From Botryllus schlosseri (lineage: Eukaryota), in NCBI GenBank assembly GCA_051294905.1, contig CM119372.1, forward strand, positions 30,442,001 to 30,506,000: 64,000 nt of DNA, in the 5' to 3' direction. A program made the translations under genes and the position numbers. Each line of letters begins with the position of its first letter. Within the stretch, counting starts at the first letter, position 1. Below the pieces are notes generated by a model that was not told where the DNA came from, searched no databases, and saw only the letters and a list, made by a program, of their open reading frames with translations. Positions 1-9,421 of this stretch are shown here, in pieces.

Positions 1-3000
1 GAAAAACGTGATCATCAAGCATTTTTATTGCGACAGTCTGAAGCGGATGGGCCAGTGGTTCATATACACATGGAAAGTGCACATTCTTGCCTGATCACAA
101 ATATCGAACTTTATTCCCAGACATTCTTTTGTGAATCGTGCAAGTTTTTTTTTAAAACCAAGGATAATTTGTCGAAGCATATAAAACGCGAATGCAAAAC
201 ATCTCAAGGGCGGAAATATGCTAGCGGTGTATATCGACCTAAACCCACCGTATTCGAGCAATTGGAATCCGAAGGCATTTTTGTTGAGAACCAAAAGAGA
301 TTCTTCCCGTATCGTATGTGTTTTGACTTTGAATCCATGCTCGTGAAGGATGAGCTCAGAGCTAATTCTGCAAAAGTAGAATACGTTAATCGGCACGTCC
401 CCGTCTCGGTTTCCTTATCGAATAACGTCACGAATGAAACGAAGACTTTCATATCTGACGGTTGCGCGCAGACGTTAATCGATGAAATGATCGGAGAAAT
501 TTATCGCGTACAGGAACTCGCTTCAGCCGAAATGCGAGAATCTTTTGCCAATGAAATAATCGAACTTGAGAATTTGATTGAAGAACGGAAATTGATCGAT
601 CCTACTAATAGAAGGTCCTATTTGGATAATATCTCGCTTCGACTCCATACGTGGCTCGATCAGATACCCATAATCGGTTTCAATTCTTCGCGCTACGATC
701 TGAATTTATGCAAAAAATATCTAATCAAATCCTTGCACAAGGAAAGCGGATTCTTCGTTTTGAAAAGGAACAGCGCCTATTTGACAATCGCAACGCACAG
801 ATTAACATTTCTGGATATTTCGCTATTCCTGAGTCCGGGTTATAGTTTGGATGCGTACATGAAGCTATACGGGGATGGGGTGAACGCGAAATTTTATTTC
901 CCCTACGAATATCTCGATAGCATCGAGCGTCTTGATGAAACGTCGCTACCGAGCCATGAATCGTTTTACAACGCGTTCCGCAATTCGAATATAACGGAAG
1001 AGCAATACGCAGAATGCGTCGCTGTATGGGAACGCGAGGGTATGACCACATTCCGTGATTTTCTCCGATATTACAACGAAGGTGACGTCATTGGCTTCTT
1101 AACCGCGCTGAATAACAATTTCGAATTTTACAAAACGCTTGGCATCGATATGTTCAAGGGTAACGTGAGCCTTCCGAATATAGCGAGTAGACTGATGTTT
1201 CGTGATTGCTACGATATCACTCTTCTGAATAAGGCCAATGCTGACCTTCACGAAACGATTCTGAGCAACTTGATAGGAGGTTTGTCACAGATTACGTCAC
1301 GGTACGCTATGGCGGGTGAAACGAAAATACGCAGTCTTCGCTACGGTGACAGTGCTAAAACCGTCAAGAAAGTAGTAGGATACGACGCAAATGCCCTCTA
1401 TTTGGGATGCATAAATCAAAATATGCCAACGGGTTACCCTATAAGGTGGATTTATGACGAGGAAAAGCAAAAATTCCATAAACAGCGCGTTTGGCCTACT
1501 CATGCGGAGCGCGAATGGTTGGAATACGAAAGTCACGTTCGTGACATCAAAATTCAGCACGCGTGGAACGGTAGTCAAGTGAGAATCGGAAATAAACGCC
1601 TATTTGTCGACGGGAACGCCGGTAAACTCATCTTTCAGTACGATGGGTGCTATTACCACGCTTGTAGGAGCTGCTTCCCTGATAAAGAGAACACCGAGAG
1701 GCGTGAACTCACCAAACAAAACACGGAATATTTGGAAAAATTGGGATATACCGTTATCCGAATGAAGGAGTGCGTTTGGACGAATATGAAACGAGACCCT
1801 GAAATTGCGCAATTTGTCTCAAAGTTCGAGCGTAAAGTCACGAAAGCGTATTATCTCACTGAGGCGCAGTTGCTCAAGCGCACGCTCGACGGCTCATTTT
1901 TCGGTGCAATCGAGTGTGACATTCATTGTCCCGACGATTTAAAATCGAAATTCGAAGAGTTACCTCCTTTTTTCAAACATATGGAAGTAAACGAGTGCGA
2001 TATCGGTGAACATATGCGTGAATACGCCAAGGAAAACAATATTAAGTTTCCAAAAAAATTTCTGGGCTCTAGTTATTTCACGAAAAAACAGTTGTTTAAC
2101 ACGGATTTGCTTCAGTGGTACTTGAAAAGTGGCATGATCGTGACTCGCGTATTCCAAGCTGTTGAATATGAACCAAAACAAGTTTTCACACCCTTCGTTG
2201 AGCGAGTATCCTCTGAGCGTCGCAAAGGCGATGTCCTCCCGAAAGATCCGGCCCGTGAAATGGAGGCGTTGACCTGGAAGACGATTGGAAATAGTGCTTT
2301 TGGCCGCACTATTCAAAACCCTAATAAATATAGGGAACACGAATACGTTACGTTGGAAGAATTACCGTCGCGCGTTGAAAAAAAATTTTTTGTCGATGCT
2401 GTTGAAATTGATAAGAGCGACGAGGGCTTGCTCGAAGTGTCTACGCGTCCGCTAAACATTTGCCACGAAAACCCAATCATTGTGGGCTTCTTTATATTCT
2501 GCTGTGCCAAGCTGAGAATGCTCCAGTTCCTATATGACTGTCTGCATGTGTATTTGGACGATAGCGATTGGGCTTTCCTCGAAACAGATACTGATTCGGC
2601 GTACATAAGCTTAAGCTCCGATACGATCTATTCTCTCATCAAGCCTTCCATGAAAAAACAATTTTTTGAAAATCACGACAAATGGTTCGTGTCTCGCGCA
2701 TGTGCAGAGCATAAATGCGATTTTGAGCGAGATCCCGTTGGTTTTAAAACTGATAAAGCTTGCTGCATTGAGGTTCGCAATTACTCGAAACGTATACCGG
2801 GTTTATTCAAAGAAGAGTGGATCGGAGATGGGTTTATAGGGCTCAATTCCAAGACCTATTATTGCAAAGGCGACACCGATAAGTACAGCTCGAAAGGGCT
2901 TCAAAAAACGGCCAACAAAACTTTCAAAGATTTCAAAGGCATTCTTCAAAATAGATCGATCACGGGTGGCGTCAATAGTGGTTTTCGTTGCTATGGGAGC

Positions 3001-3102
3001 GATATGTTTACGTATAAGCAATATCGAAATGCTTTGAGTTATGGTTATTATAAAAGGATTGTGCTTAATGATGGAATTCATACATTGCCTTTATCTCTGT
3101 AA
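1..3102 (+). CDS. Protein-primed family B DNA polymerase (pPolB), 5' truncated by window edge
   Basis: Frame is open from base 1 (EKRDHQAFLLRQ, aligning with EKREQTTVLRR of copy 2). C2H2 finger CESC..H, ExoI CFDFES, ExoII GFNSSRYD, motif A YDANALY, Vsr-like nuclease insert (FVDG..QYDGCYYH), motif B K..GNSAFG, motif C ETDTDS, KTYY. Confidence 0.96.
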   Translation, partial: EKRDHQAFLLRQSEADGPVVHIHMESAHSCLITNIELYSQTFFCESCKFFFKTKDNLSKHIKRECKTSQGRKYASGVYRPKPTVFEQLESEGIFVENQKRFFPYRMCFDFESMLVKDELRANSAKVEYVNRHVPVSVSLSNNVTNETKTFISDGCAQTLIDEMIGEIYRVQELASAEMRESFANEIIELENLIEERKLIDPTNRRSYLDNISLRLHTWLDQIPIIGFNSSRYDLNLCKKYLIKSLHKESGFFVLKRNSAYLTIATHRLTFLDISLFLSPGYSLDAYMKLYGDGVNAKFYFPYEYLDSIERLDETSLPSHESFYNAFRNSNITEEQYAECVAVWEREGMTTFRDFLRYYNEGDVIGFLTALNNNFEFYKTLGIDMFKGNVSLPNIASRLMFRDCYDITLLNKANADLHETILSNLIGGLSQITSRYAMAGETKIRSLRYGDSAKTVKKVVGYDANALYLGCINQNMPTGYPIRWIYDEEKQKFHKQRVWPTHAEREWLEYESHVRDIKIQHAWNGSQVRIGNKRLFVDGNAGKLIFQYDGCYYHACRSCFPDKENTERRELTKQNTEYLEKLGYTVIRMKECVWTNMKRDPEIAQFVSKFERKVTKAYYLTEAQLLKRTLDGSFFGAIECDIHCPDDLKSKFEELPPFFKHMEVNECDIGEHMREYAKENNIKFPKKFLGSSYFTKKQLFNTDLLQWYLKSGMIVTRVFQAVEYEPKQVFTPFVERVSSERRKGDVLPKDPAREMEALTWKTIGNSAFGRTIQNPNKYREHEYVTLEELPSRVEKKFFVDAVEIDKSDEGLLEVSTRPLNICHENPIIVGFFIFCCAKLRMLQFLYDCLHVYLDDSDWAFLETDTDSAYISLSSDTIYSLIKPSMKKQFFENHDKWFVSRACAEHKCDFERDPVGFKTDKACCIEVRNYSKRIPGLFKEEWIGDGFIGLNSKTYYCKGDTDKYSSKGLQKTANKTFKDFKGILQNRSITGGVNSGFRCYGSDMFTYKQYRNALSYGYYKRIVLNDGIHTLPLSL

Positions 3103-3105
3103 TAA

Positions 3106-3723
3106 ATGGATCGAATACGTACATTGCATGCTCCGTTTCGGATGATCGTAGCTGGTCCGAGCAGTAGCGGGAAGAGTTATTTTACTTACGAGTTGGTGAA
3201 GAACGCAGAGAAGATGATTAGACCGGCTCCTGAAAAAATTGTATGGCTGTATAATAATTATCAGGCGTTGTACGATAAAATGAAAGGGGTAGAATTCTCG
3301 CAAGGGCTCTCCGAGCTCAAAAAGTTACAGAAAGGAAATAGACACGTTCTCTTGGTGATCGACGACATGATGACGGAAGCGAAAGAGGCCAGAGATCTAT
3401 TCACTCGATACAGCCATCACGCAAAGATCAGTGTCGTGTTCATATGTCAAAACTTATTCTATAGGGGTCAAGGCTTTCGGGATATGACCTTGAGTGCGAG
3501 CTATATCGTGATATTTAAAAATCCTCGTGATGCGAGTCAAATCAGTTTTCTTTCACGTCAAATGTTCCCGGATAAAGCCGGATTCCTTACGGAGGCTTAT
3601 AAAAAGGCAACTCGAAAACCGTTCTCGTACATACTGGTTGACTTGACGCAAGAGACAGACGAAAATTATCGTCTTCGCAGCAAAATATTCCCACATCAAA
3701 AGTTGACGGTATATCAAGAATAA
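3106..3723 (+). CDS. A32/FtsK-like genome packaging ATPase
   Basis: Walker A GPSSSGKS, Walker B LLVIDD, RH..ISVVFICQ and FKNPRD motifs typical of Polinton ATPases. Confidence 0.93.
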   Translation: MDRIRTLHAPFRMIVAGPSSSGKSYFTYELVKNAEKMIRPAPEKIVWLYNNYQALYDKMKGVEFSQGLSELKKLQKGNRHVLLVIDDMMTEAKEARDLFTRYSHHAKISVVFICQNLFYRGQGFRDMTLSASYIVIFKNPRDASQISFLSRQMFPDKAGFLTEAYKKATRKPFSYILVDLTQETDENYRLRSKIFPHQKLTVYQE

Positions 3724-3758
3724 ATAAAGCTCGCGCTACAGATTTTAGGGCATTCAAC

Positions 3759-4166
3759 ATGTCGAAGAGGGGAAGTAACATATCTCGAAAACGATTGAGC
3801 GACTATCACGTTAAATTAAAACTTTTGAAAAACGCTAAAGGGAAACAACGAAAAGAACTTTTATCGAACAATCAATTTTTAAGTTGCGTTTGCCAGTGCG
3901 TTCATAACTTGGCTTCGGGGACAGTACGTATCTCCCCGTCTAGAAAGTTGAGGCTTGGAAAACACAAATCCGATATCAGACAATTGCTGGCGCAAAAAAC
4001 TCGCAGAGGTCAACGGAGGGTGCTACAAAAGGGTGGATTCCTCTCAGGTATAAAAATTATGATAAAATAGAAACTTTTTTCTAACTAGTCTGTTTTAGCT
4101 ATATTAGGCGCTGCAATCCCCGTCATCGGGAGTCTGTTGGGTAAACTTTCCGGGAAGAATGCGTGA
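3759..4166 (+). CDS. Spliced small basic virion-type protein (exons 3759-4047, 4099-4166) ending in a hydrophobic/amphipathic helix
   Basis: GT at 4048, CTAAC branch at 4081, AG at 4098. Spliced product reads GGFLS-AILGAAIPVIGSLLGKLSGKNA*. Same intron and exon 2 in element 2. Confidence 0.75.
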
Positions 4167-4497
4167 ACTACAATTCCCCGCATTTCGAAGCAAGGACGAA
4201 TGGGAAAAGAAATTTGATAAACATATATCGAAAATTAAAAGCTCTCCATTGAATGCTTCCGAGAAACTTGCTCTGTATAGGCATGGTATTGCTCAACTGA
4301 GAAACTTGAGAAAAGACGTAGACGCAGCGACCGCCCGCCCTCCCGCCGCACACACGGGGCTCGCGAGCCCCGTAGCGAAAGAAAAGCGCCCGCAAAAGAA
4401 ACGCCCGCGCCGGATTCCACAACCTTCGTTTCCCTGGCTTTATAAGAGACAGCGTAAGCCTAATCCCCGTATATACGGGAAAGAATGGGAGACGTAG
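4159..4497 (+). CDS. Conserved hypothetical basic protein of the Polinton core
   Basis: N-terminus MRELQFP..KFDKHISKI..KLALYRHGI and C-terminal YGKEW are conserved in 55336..55800; overlaps both neighbours. Confidence 0.75.
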   Translation: MRELQFPAFRSKDEWEKKFDKHISKIKSSPLNASEKLALYRHGIAQLRNLRKDVDAATARPPAAHTGLASPVAKEKRPQKKRPRRIPQPSFPWLYKRQRKPNPRIYGKEWET

Positions 4498-5483
4498 ACT
4501 ATTTTGATCCGAAACAGCCCAAATCGTATAGGGGCGCTTATTTGCAAAAGGAAAAAGAATGGCTTAAAGGACAAGATACTTATACTTTTCATTTTCCGTT
4601 ACGTAAGAAATTTAGGCGTGAACGTGTAGTGGTCTCCGGTATCAATGCTCAGTTTCAGAGCGATCTGATGGATCTGCAATCTATTTCAAAGTACAATAGC
4701 GGTTTTCGTTTTGTGGTGGTGGTGATTGATATTTTTAGCAAATACCTTTGGATGATAGCGATTAAAAATAAAACTGCTTCAAGTATGATTTCTGCTTTCA
4801 AACGTGTGTTTCGTGAACGCGTACCGTTAGTGTTACAAACCGATCAAGGTAGCGAATATACCAATCGCGCTTTCCAGAACTATCTAAAGGAGAACAAAGT
4901 TAGATATTTCTATACGAGGAGCGAATTAAAATCCTCTGTCGTCGAAAGAGTGATTCGTAGTATGAAAGCGATCATGTATCGATTTTTCACAAAAAATAAC
5001 ACGAGGAATTACGTGAGCGCTCTCGATGACTTTACTTACTCCTACAACAGGACGTACCATCGTAGCATTGCCATGCCCCCAAACCAAGTGAATTCGTCTA
5101 ATCAGGAATCGGTTTGGAGAAGACTTTACGGGTTTCAAGAAGCTAAACAACCCGACCTCGCTGTAGGAGTACCCGTCCGTATATCAAAAATTCGAAATCT
5201 TTTTGAGAAAAGCAGCCTACCCAACTGGCAACGGGAAATTTTCTATATCGCAGACGCCCAAAAGGGAGATCCCCCAATGTATCGCTTACGTGATTACGGT
5301 GGTGAAGTCATACAGGGTAGATTTTATAGAGAGGAGCTCCAACGCGTAAAAGAACCGCAAACTTGGCGTGTCGAGAAGATTATAAGAAGGCGTAAACGCG
5401 CGGGACGAGAACAGTATTTAGTGCGCTGGTTGGGATATGGAAGTGGATTCGACAGCTGGGTCGATAAGAAGGATATCGTCTAG
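4485..5483 (+). CDS. Retroviral-like (rve) integrase with C-terminal chromodomain
   Basis: DDE triad QSDL / QTDQGSEY / VERVIR; chromodomain WRVEKII..YLVRWLGY..DSWV. Confidence 0.95.
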   Translation: MGDVDYFDPKQPKSYRGAYLQKEKEWLKGQDTYTFHFPLRKKFRRERVVVSGINAQFQSDLMDLQSISKYNSGFRFVVVVIDIFSKYLWMIAIKNKTASSMISAFKRVFRERVPLVLQTDQGSEYTNRAFQNYLKENKVRYFYTRSELKSSVVERVIRSMKAIMYRFFTKNNTRNYVSALDDFTYSYNRTYHRSIAMPPNQVNSSNQESVWRRLYGFQEAKQPDLAVGVPVRISKIRNLFEKSSLPNWQREIFYIADAQKGDPPMYRLRDYGGEVIQGRFYREELQRVKEPQTWRVEKIIRRRKRAGREQYLVRWLGYGSGFDSWVDKKDIV

Positions 5484-5646
5484 TCGGAACCTTTATCAGT
5501 TTTTGGCGCAACTAGTAATCATACTGGTCATCGTATCGTTCTCTCTCTATAATCTTACCATTTCGAATGGGAACAAAGAGCTTTGGATATCACTGCTCTC
5601 CTCTTGCGTTGGTTATATGCTTCCGAATCCCAAGCTCAAAATATGA
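5437..5646 (+). CDS. Small two-TM membrane protein overlapping integrase 3' end
   Basis: Two hydrophobic segments, W.SLLSSCVGYMLP.P motif; strongly conserved in 56740..56952. Confidence 0.7.
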   Translation: MEVDSTAGSIRRISSSRNLYQFLAQLVIILVIVSFSLYNLTISNGNKELWISLLSSCVGYMLPNPKLKI

Positions 5647-6452
5647 GCTACGTCACGCTATTTTCGAACGCTTCCATGGATAAATTTCCTGATAATACAA
5701 CAGCGAGTTATTGCGTTGAATTGGACGTCCCGAAAAACGTGGAAGATACAGAAGTTTCTCTGGCTGAGATCTCCTTCCCTACGGATTATCAAAAACAGTA
5801 TAGGATCACGAAGAATAGGTATGGGATCAGATCGCAAAAGAGAACAAGAAAATTTCATTTTAAATTGGGAGAATACGACTCGTTATATGACATGTATAGA
5901 TCGTTGGAAAGAGACAATCCTGATGCAAAAGTAACATGTTTCCCTGAAAATCATAGTATGTCTATCTCTATACCTCATAACGAGGTAACCGACAAATTGC
6001 GACCAGAGACGGACATAGGGCATAGTAGCTTGCTACGCCTCGGAGAATTGTACGGTGCTCTTATGTATAAGGAAACGAAGGAGGAGTTATTGGTGTTTCA
6101 TTTCCCGAATACTAATTGTACATTGTGGAATTATTTTTTCACCGAGGGTATCATTCATTTGAACTTTCGCATGCGACATGATCCGACTATCGATTTCGTT
6201 TATGTTCATTGTAATATCATTGAGCCACAAGAAGATAGCGGTAGGCTCTTACCGTTGTTACGCGTCGTACAGGTAAACGATCGTAAATCATTTTCGAAAT
6301 ATTACACGAAGCCTTTTTATTTCCCTGTTAATATAAATAGGCTAGAACGCGTCGAAATATCGCTACTTGATGAGAAGGGACAGAAAATACCCTTTCGAAG
6401 TTCTCCTTCGAGTGTTGTATTGCATTTTCGTAGACGGGGAGTTGCATTATGA
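5643..6452 (+). CDS. Minor capsid (penton-like) protein 1
   Basis: ATG 5643 overlaps the upstream stop. N-terminal TLFSNAS..FP.NT and C-terminal VYVHCNIIEPQ..PLLRVV..YFP..EISLLDEKG..F..LHFR match the Polinton minor capsid pattern. Confidence 0.75.
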   Translation: MSYVTLFSNASMDKFPDNTTASYCVELDVPKNVEDTEVSLAEISFPTDYQKQYRITKNRYGIRSQKRTRKFHFKLGEYDSLYDMYRSLERDNPDAKVTCFPENHSMSISIPHNEVTDKLRPETDIGHSSLLRLGELYGALMYKETKEELLVFHFPNTNCTLWNYFFTEGIIHLNFRMRHDPTIDFVYVHCNIIEPQEDSGRLLPLLRVVQVNDRKSFSKYYTKPFYFPVNINRLERVEISLLDEKGQKIPFRSSPSSVVLHFRRRGVAL

Positions 6453-7171
6453 AATATATTCATATTACGTCACACGAGTCTGATTTTACTATCGATCTCG
6501 CGAAACCGATAGATTCTGGTGAATGGGAGATAGGGCTTGCCGAGTTGTCTTTTAAAAATAATTTTCAGCCCACGTTCGAGCCTTACGACGGCTTATTATG
6601 GTACGTGAATGATGCGGAAGGCGATAATAATTTTTATTATTTCCCGGCTGGTGATTATCATGATAAAATTAGTTTGATGAAGCGTATCAATCACGATCAG
6701 AAAAAAGCACGATTTATTTGGGTAGATGGTTCTGGTCCGGTCTTGATAGCGGGACCCTACAAGAGTTCCAGCGGTCCGACACTTTTCATGGATAATAGAA
6801 ACCCCGTTCTCAGAGGAGGCGCTCATTCGGAGGTAGAGCTAGATGGTGGATTACATAGACGAAGAAAAATTCACTTTCAAGGGGAACCTGTGTCCGTGAC
6901 CAACGTTTTAGTTTATACGGATGTCATCACACCTCAAATTGTAGGTGATACGAGTGCGCCTCTACTACGCAATATCCGCGTTACGACAGGAATAGATGAA
7001 TATCAGCATATGCTATTCAAAAAAATATATTTCTTTCCTCTGAATACGGAGCGAGTAAGCGAGATACGCGTTATGCTTCGCGATGATAAAGGCGAAGCTA
7101 TAAAGTTTGGGAACGCGCCTCTTCATCTCACACTTGCTTTGAGACATCATGAGGAGTCATTATTGTTGTGA
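6449..7171 (+). CDS. Minor capsid (penton-like) protein 2
   Basis: WEIGLAELSF and VYTDVITPQIVGDTSAPLLRNI..YFFPL..LRDDKG..F motifs; ATGA overlap with gene 1. Confidence 0.75.
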   Translation: MKYIHITSHESDFTIDLAKPIDSGEWEIGLAELSFKNNFQPTFEPYDGLLWYVNDAEGDNNFYYFPAGDYHDKISLMKRINHDQKKARFIWVDGSGPVLIAGPYKSSSGPTLFMDNRNPVLRGGAHSEVELDGGLHRRRKIHFQGEPVSVTNVLVYTDVITPQIVGDTSAPLLRNIRVTTGIDEYQHMLFKKIYFFPLNTERVSEIRVMLRDDKGEAIKFGNAPLHLTLALRHHEESLLL

Positions 7172-7520
7172 TCGGGAGGCGTTCAGAAACTATTATCACC
7201 AACAGAGCGGTGGTGATATCAATTTTTTTCGGGGTAAAGTGCAGAGAGGTCATGGACTTGGAAACTTATTTCGTTCGTTCGGAAGAAGCGTTATGCCCCT
7301 AATTTCGAAAGGTGCAAAATCACTCGGGAAGCGTCTACTACATACCGGTGCGCAAGTAGCCTCTGATGTTCTTAATGGAGAGAATGTCGGTGATAGTCTT
7401 AAAATACGCGGCAAAGAAGCCGCTGGGAACGCTCTCGATTCTTTACTGAGAAAAGGAAAAATACCAAGACGGGGCCGTAAGATCACGAAAAAGAGACGTC
7501 GCAAAGATATTTTCGATTAA
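7149..7520 (+). CDS. Basic core/membrane-active protein (QRGHGLG motif)
   Basis: Q.GG..F.G..QRGHGLG followed by an amphipathic helix and K/R-rich tail; conserved in 58503..58871. Confidence 0.7.
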   Translation: MRSHYCCDREAFRNYYHQQSGGDINFFRGKVQRGHGLGNLFRSFGRSVMPLISKGAKSLGKRLLHTGAQVASDVLNGENVGDSLKIRGKEAAGNALDSLLRKGKIPRRGRKITKKRRRKDIFD

Positions 7521-7569
7521 ATATATATTACACGACGATAAGCATCATTTGAGACTTGAGACTTGATAG

Positions 7570-8847
7570 ATGGCGGAGTTAATTCATGTACAGTCCCCAG
7601 AGGGGGTACATCCCTCATTGGATTTATTTCACATTCCCGCGACACAGACTAGCGTTGAAAAGAAAAGAATCATCAAGATAGCGCCGATTTCGAACAACTC
7701 TAGTGTGATAACATTCCGCTTTGAGGGCTCAGAAGACTTTATCGATTTGAGCGAGAGCTATTTCTTATTTCATTTACAATTAAAGAAAGGTGGCGAAGCA
7801 ATTGGCGCCGACGATGATGTTGGTGTTGTAAATAATATCTTGGATTCCTTGATTTCTCAACTACAAATTAAAGTCGCTAACGAAACTTTGAAACAAGATA
7901 TAAAAGTACAGTGTTATTCGTCCTATCTGCACAATTTATTCGCTCCGCTTGACGTGCAAAGTACCACACTGAGGGCCTCAGGATGGAGAAAAGATACTTT
8001 AGGAGAAATGGATACGATCGGTGGAACTAACGCCTCGGCTAACAAAGGATATTACAACAGGAGTAAAGCCTATAAGGATGATAACGTGGTGGAAATACGT
8101 GCAAAAATCCATCACGGACTATGTCTGCAAGACCGCTACATCCTACATGACGTGCCTCTCGAGTTTGAGCTTACCTTGAATCCGAAAAGCTTTTTTATGA
8201 TGGGAGATGCTACCGGTCAATTCACCTTAACGAAAAAGGAATTACAGTTATGTAGCGTACGAGTCAGCGACGATGTGAAGACAGCGATGATGGTGAATGC
8301 CCAGGCGAAATATCCGTATATCGACATGAAATTGATCACCCGAACATTTGCGACTGCTACGACGCAGATAGATATCGGGAATCTATACAGCGGGACTCTA
8401 CCTTCTCGCCTAATCATCGGAATGGTAGCTACGAAAGCCTTTCAAGGAGATGTTACGAAAAATCCTTATAATTTCATACACAATAATATGCAACGACTCG
8501 AACTGAAACTGAACGGATTTCTGATTCCGGAGGGAGGTTATGAGCTAGATTTCGATAAGGGTCATTACACGGAGCTTTACCATAACCTGATTGAGGGTAC
8601 GGGTGCAATGGAGAGAAACACAGGACTCCTAACACCTGAAGAGTTCGCTAGTGGTTTCTGTCTACTGGTTTATAATTTGCGCCCTGATGATTTGGATGAT
8701 TGCTTTGACTTACAAAAGAGTGGTACCTTAAGTTTACGGATCACATTTCCTGCTGGCGGGCTAACAGCGGAAACTACTTTGCTCTGTTTCATGGAATTCC
8801 AGAAGCTATTGCAAATCAGTAGCAGTCGTAAAGTGACCGTGCTATGA
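7570..8847 (+). CDS. Major capsid protein (double jelly-roll, hexon-like)
   Basis: 425 aa; LDLF..P.TQTS N-terminus, LPSRLIIGMV..AF.G...NP.NF, Y..F..G..L..YNL, KSGTLSL; position before the protease as in Polintons. Confidence 0.88.
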   Translation: MAELIHVQSPEGVHPSLDLFHIPATQTSVEKKRIIKIAPISNNSSVITFRFEGSEDFIDLSESYFLFHLQLKKGGEAIGADDDVGVVNNILDSLISQLQIKVANETLKQDIKVQCYSSYLHNLFAPLDVQSTTLRASGWRKDTLGEMDTIGGTNASANKGYYNRSKAYKDDNVVEIRAKIHHGLCLQDRYILHDVPLEFELTLNPKSFFMMGDATGQFTLTKKELQLCSVRVSDDVKTAMMVNAQAKYPYIDMKLITRTFATATTQIDIGNLYSGTLPSRLIIGMVATKAFQGDVTKNPYNFIHNNMQRLELKLNGFLIPEGGYELDFDKGHYTELYHNLIEGTGAMERNTGLLTPEEFASGFCLLVYNLRPDDLDDCFDLQKSGTLSLRITFPAGGLTAETTLLCFMEFQKLLQISSSRKVTVL

Positions 8848-9299
8848 ACGGGGATGAAATAGACCAAATATTGTGGTGCTGCGAGTCAACAAAACATATT
8901 TTCCTTGGCACATTTCCTATCGATCGACTGCCGAGGCGACCTCCTCCTCCTTATGCTATCGTGATCAATTATGACGAAGCTCGAAAAATCGGAAGTCACT
9001 GGATATGCATTTACGCGGATGAGGATGAGACACATTTTCACGATAGTTTTGGCTTAATGCCACTGAAATACGAGATTGCCTGCTTTATAGAACCAGAAAA
9101 TTATACCTGCTCTATAAAGCGTCTGCAGCACAAACGTTCCAGAGCGTGCGGTCATCATTGCCTAAGCTTCATCGTCCATAAGGCGCGCGGATGGAGTACG
9201 GAACGTTATTTAAATTCCTTTGGCGAAGATCATCGCAAGAATGATTCGATCGTGCGACGCTTCGTCAAGGAGCTGAAGCAAGAATATGAAATTGTGTAA
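8844..9299 (+). CDS. Adenain-like cysteine protease (capsid maturation)
   Basis: GSHW (His), HDSFG (Asp), LQ..S..CG (Gln/Cys) catalytic set. Confidence 0.92.
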   Translation: MNGDEIDQILWCCESTKHIFLGTFPIDRLPRRPPPPYAIVINYDEARKIGSHWICIYADEDETHFHDSFGLMPLKYEIACFIEPENYTCSIKRLQHKRSRACGHHCLSFIVHKARGWSTERYLNSFGEDHRKNDSIVRRFVKELKQEYEIV

Positions 9300-9421
9300 A
9301 TGTATATGCGAATAAAATCAATAGTTTCAAAGTTTGCTTAGTACGTTTAAGGGCGATATTCGCTACGTTCATTATAGCAATCATCTCAATCAGCAGTAGC
9401 GACTTGCTTTCGGTTAGGTGA

